Shown piece by piece: positions 63,417-64,000 of a DNA stretch of 64,000 bases. The stretch lies in the NCBI GenBank assembly GCA_965216785.1, contig OZ244197.1:1504001-1568000 (forward strand), given 5' to 3'. The number at the start of each line of letters is the position of its first letter. The first letter of the stretch is position 1. The position numbers and the translations under genes were made by a program. The notes beneath the pieces are model-generated. The model was given only the letters and a program-made list of their open reading frames with translations, was not told the origin of the DNA and did not search any database. Origin of the DNA: Thermodesulfobacteriota bacterium (GTDB lineage Bacteria; Desulfobacterota_D; UBA1144; Nemesobacterales; UBA2774).

Positions 63417-63480
63417 AGGAGTTTATTGCGAAACGAATAAAAGACGAATTGAGTCATAAACGCTACAAGGAGCAGATAAT

Positions 63481-64000
63481 ATGCAGGAAATGAAGATAGA
63501 AGAAATAGGGGAAATATTAAAAAATAGGATAAAGGGTTACGAAACCAAGATAGAGACTTCTGAGGTTGGAACCGTAATTTCAGTCGGTGACGGAATTGCC
63601 CGTGCCTACGGACTCGACCAGGCAATGGCAGGGGAGCTTGTAGAGTTCTCAAGCGGCATCATGGGGCTCGTGCTCAACCTTGAAGAAGACAACGTCGGTA
63701 TCGCGCTCTTCGGTGAAGACAAAGAGGTGCAGGAAGGCGACCTGATCAAGAGAACGGGGAACGTTGCCGATGTGCCTGTCGGTGAGGCTATGAAGGGCAG
63801 AGTGGTAAACGCTCTCGGGCAGCCGATAGACGGTAAGGGTGAGATAGCCTCTGATGATGTAAGACAGATTGAAGTTAAGGCTCCGGGTGTTATTTACCGC
63901 CAGTCGGTTAACGAGCCTCTTCAGACCGGTATTAAATCGATCGACGCTATGATCCCGATCGGTAGGGGGCAGAGGGAGCTTATATTGGGCGACCGTCAGA
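63481..64000 (+). CDS. atpA: ATP synthase F1 subunit alpha (runs off the window end)
   Basis: own translation: [10 protein letters not shown]...[14 protein letters not shown]...LNLEEDNVG...[13 protein letters not shown]...[25 protein letters not shown]; AGGAG SD. Confidence 0.97.
   Translation, partial: MQEMKIEEIGEILKNRIKGYETKIETSEVGTVISVGDGIARAYGLDQAMAGELVEFSSGIMGLVLNLEEDNVGIALFGEDKEVQEGDLIKRTGNVADVPVGEAMKGRVVNALGQPIDGKGEIASDDVRQIEVKAPGVIYRQSVNEPLQTGIKSIDAMIPIGRGQRELILGDRQ

Overview
A 64-kb stretch of gene-dense bacterial chromosome, mostly housekeeping: cobB, pdxA, tatD, nrdR, glyA, nadK, prfB, aroC, dnaB, purC, phoH, purA, hisZ, serA, tatC, htpX and the start of a split atpF'-F-H-A operon. 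Gene order looks deltaproteobacterial-like (possibly Dadabacteria; inference only). I saw no rRNA, tRNA, CRISPR array, IS or prophage. The standout locus is 15308-22785 on the minus strand. A sigma70 promoter and a c-di-GMP-I (GEMM-I) riboswitch precede a 919-aa triple fusion: a PilZ domain, a PLP alpha-oxoamine synthase (SPT/CqsA/BioF/Kbl family) and a YghO/bacterial-ceramide-synthase-like GNAT. This is followed directly by a PDZ/multi-TM/GAF sensor kinase and a REC-PAS-kinase-REC hybrid. It is a candidate c-di-GMP-controlled synthase of a ceramide-like or N-acyl-aminoketone lipid signal with its own receptor. Other notable items: a 384-bp near-identical block (1 mismatch) shared by two tandem HisKA_2 kinases; a FadI/FadJ pair with substituted catalytic residues; the prfB +1 frameshift; several apparently leaderless genes; and a GCS2-CBS/deacylase/gamma-glutamyl-hydrolase cluster. 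All functional calls come from motif recognition by eye; no database searches were run.
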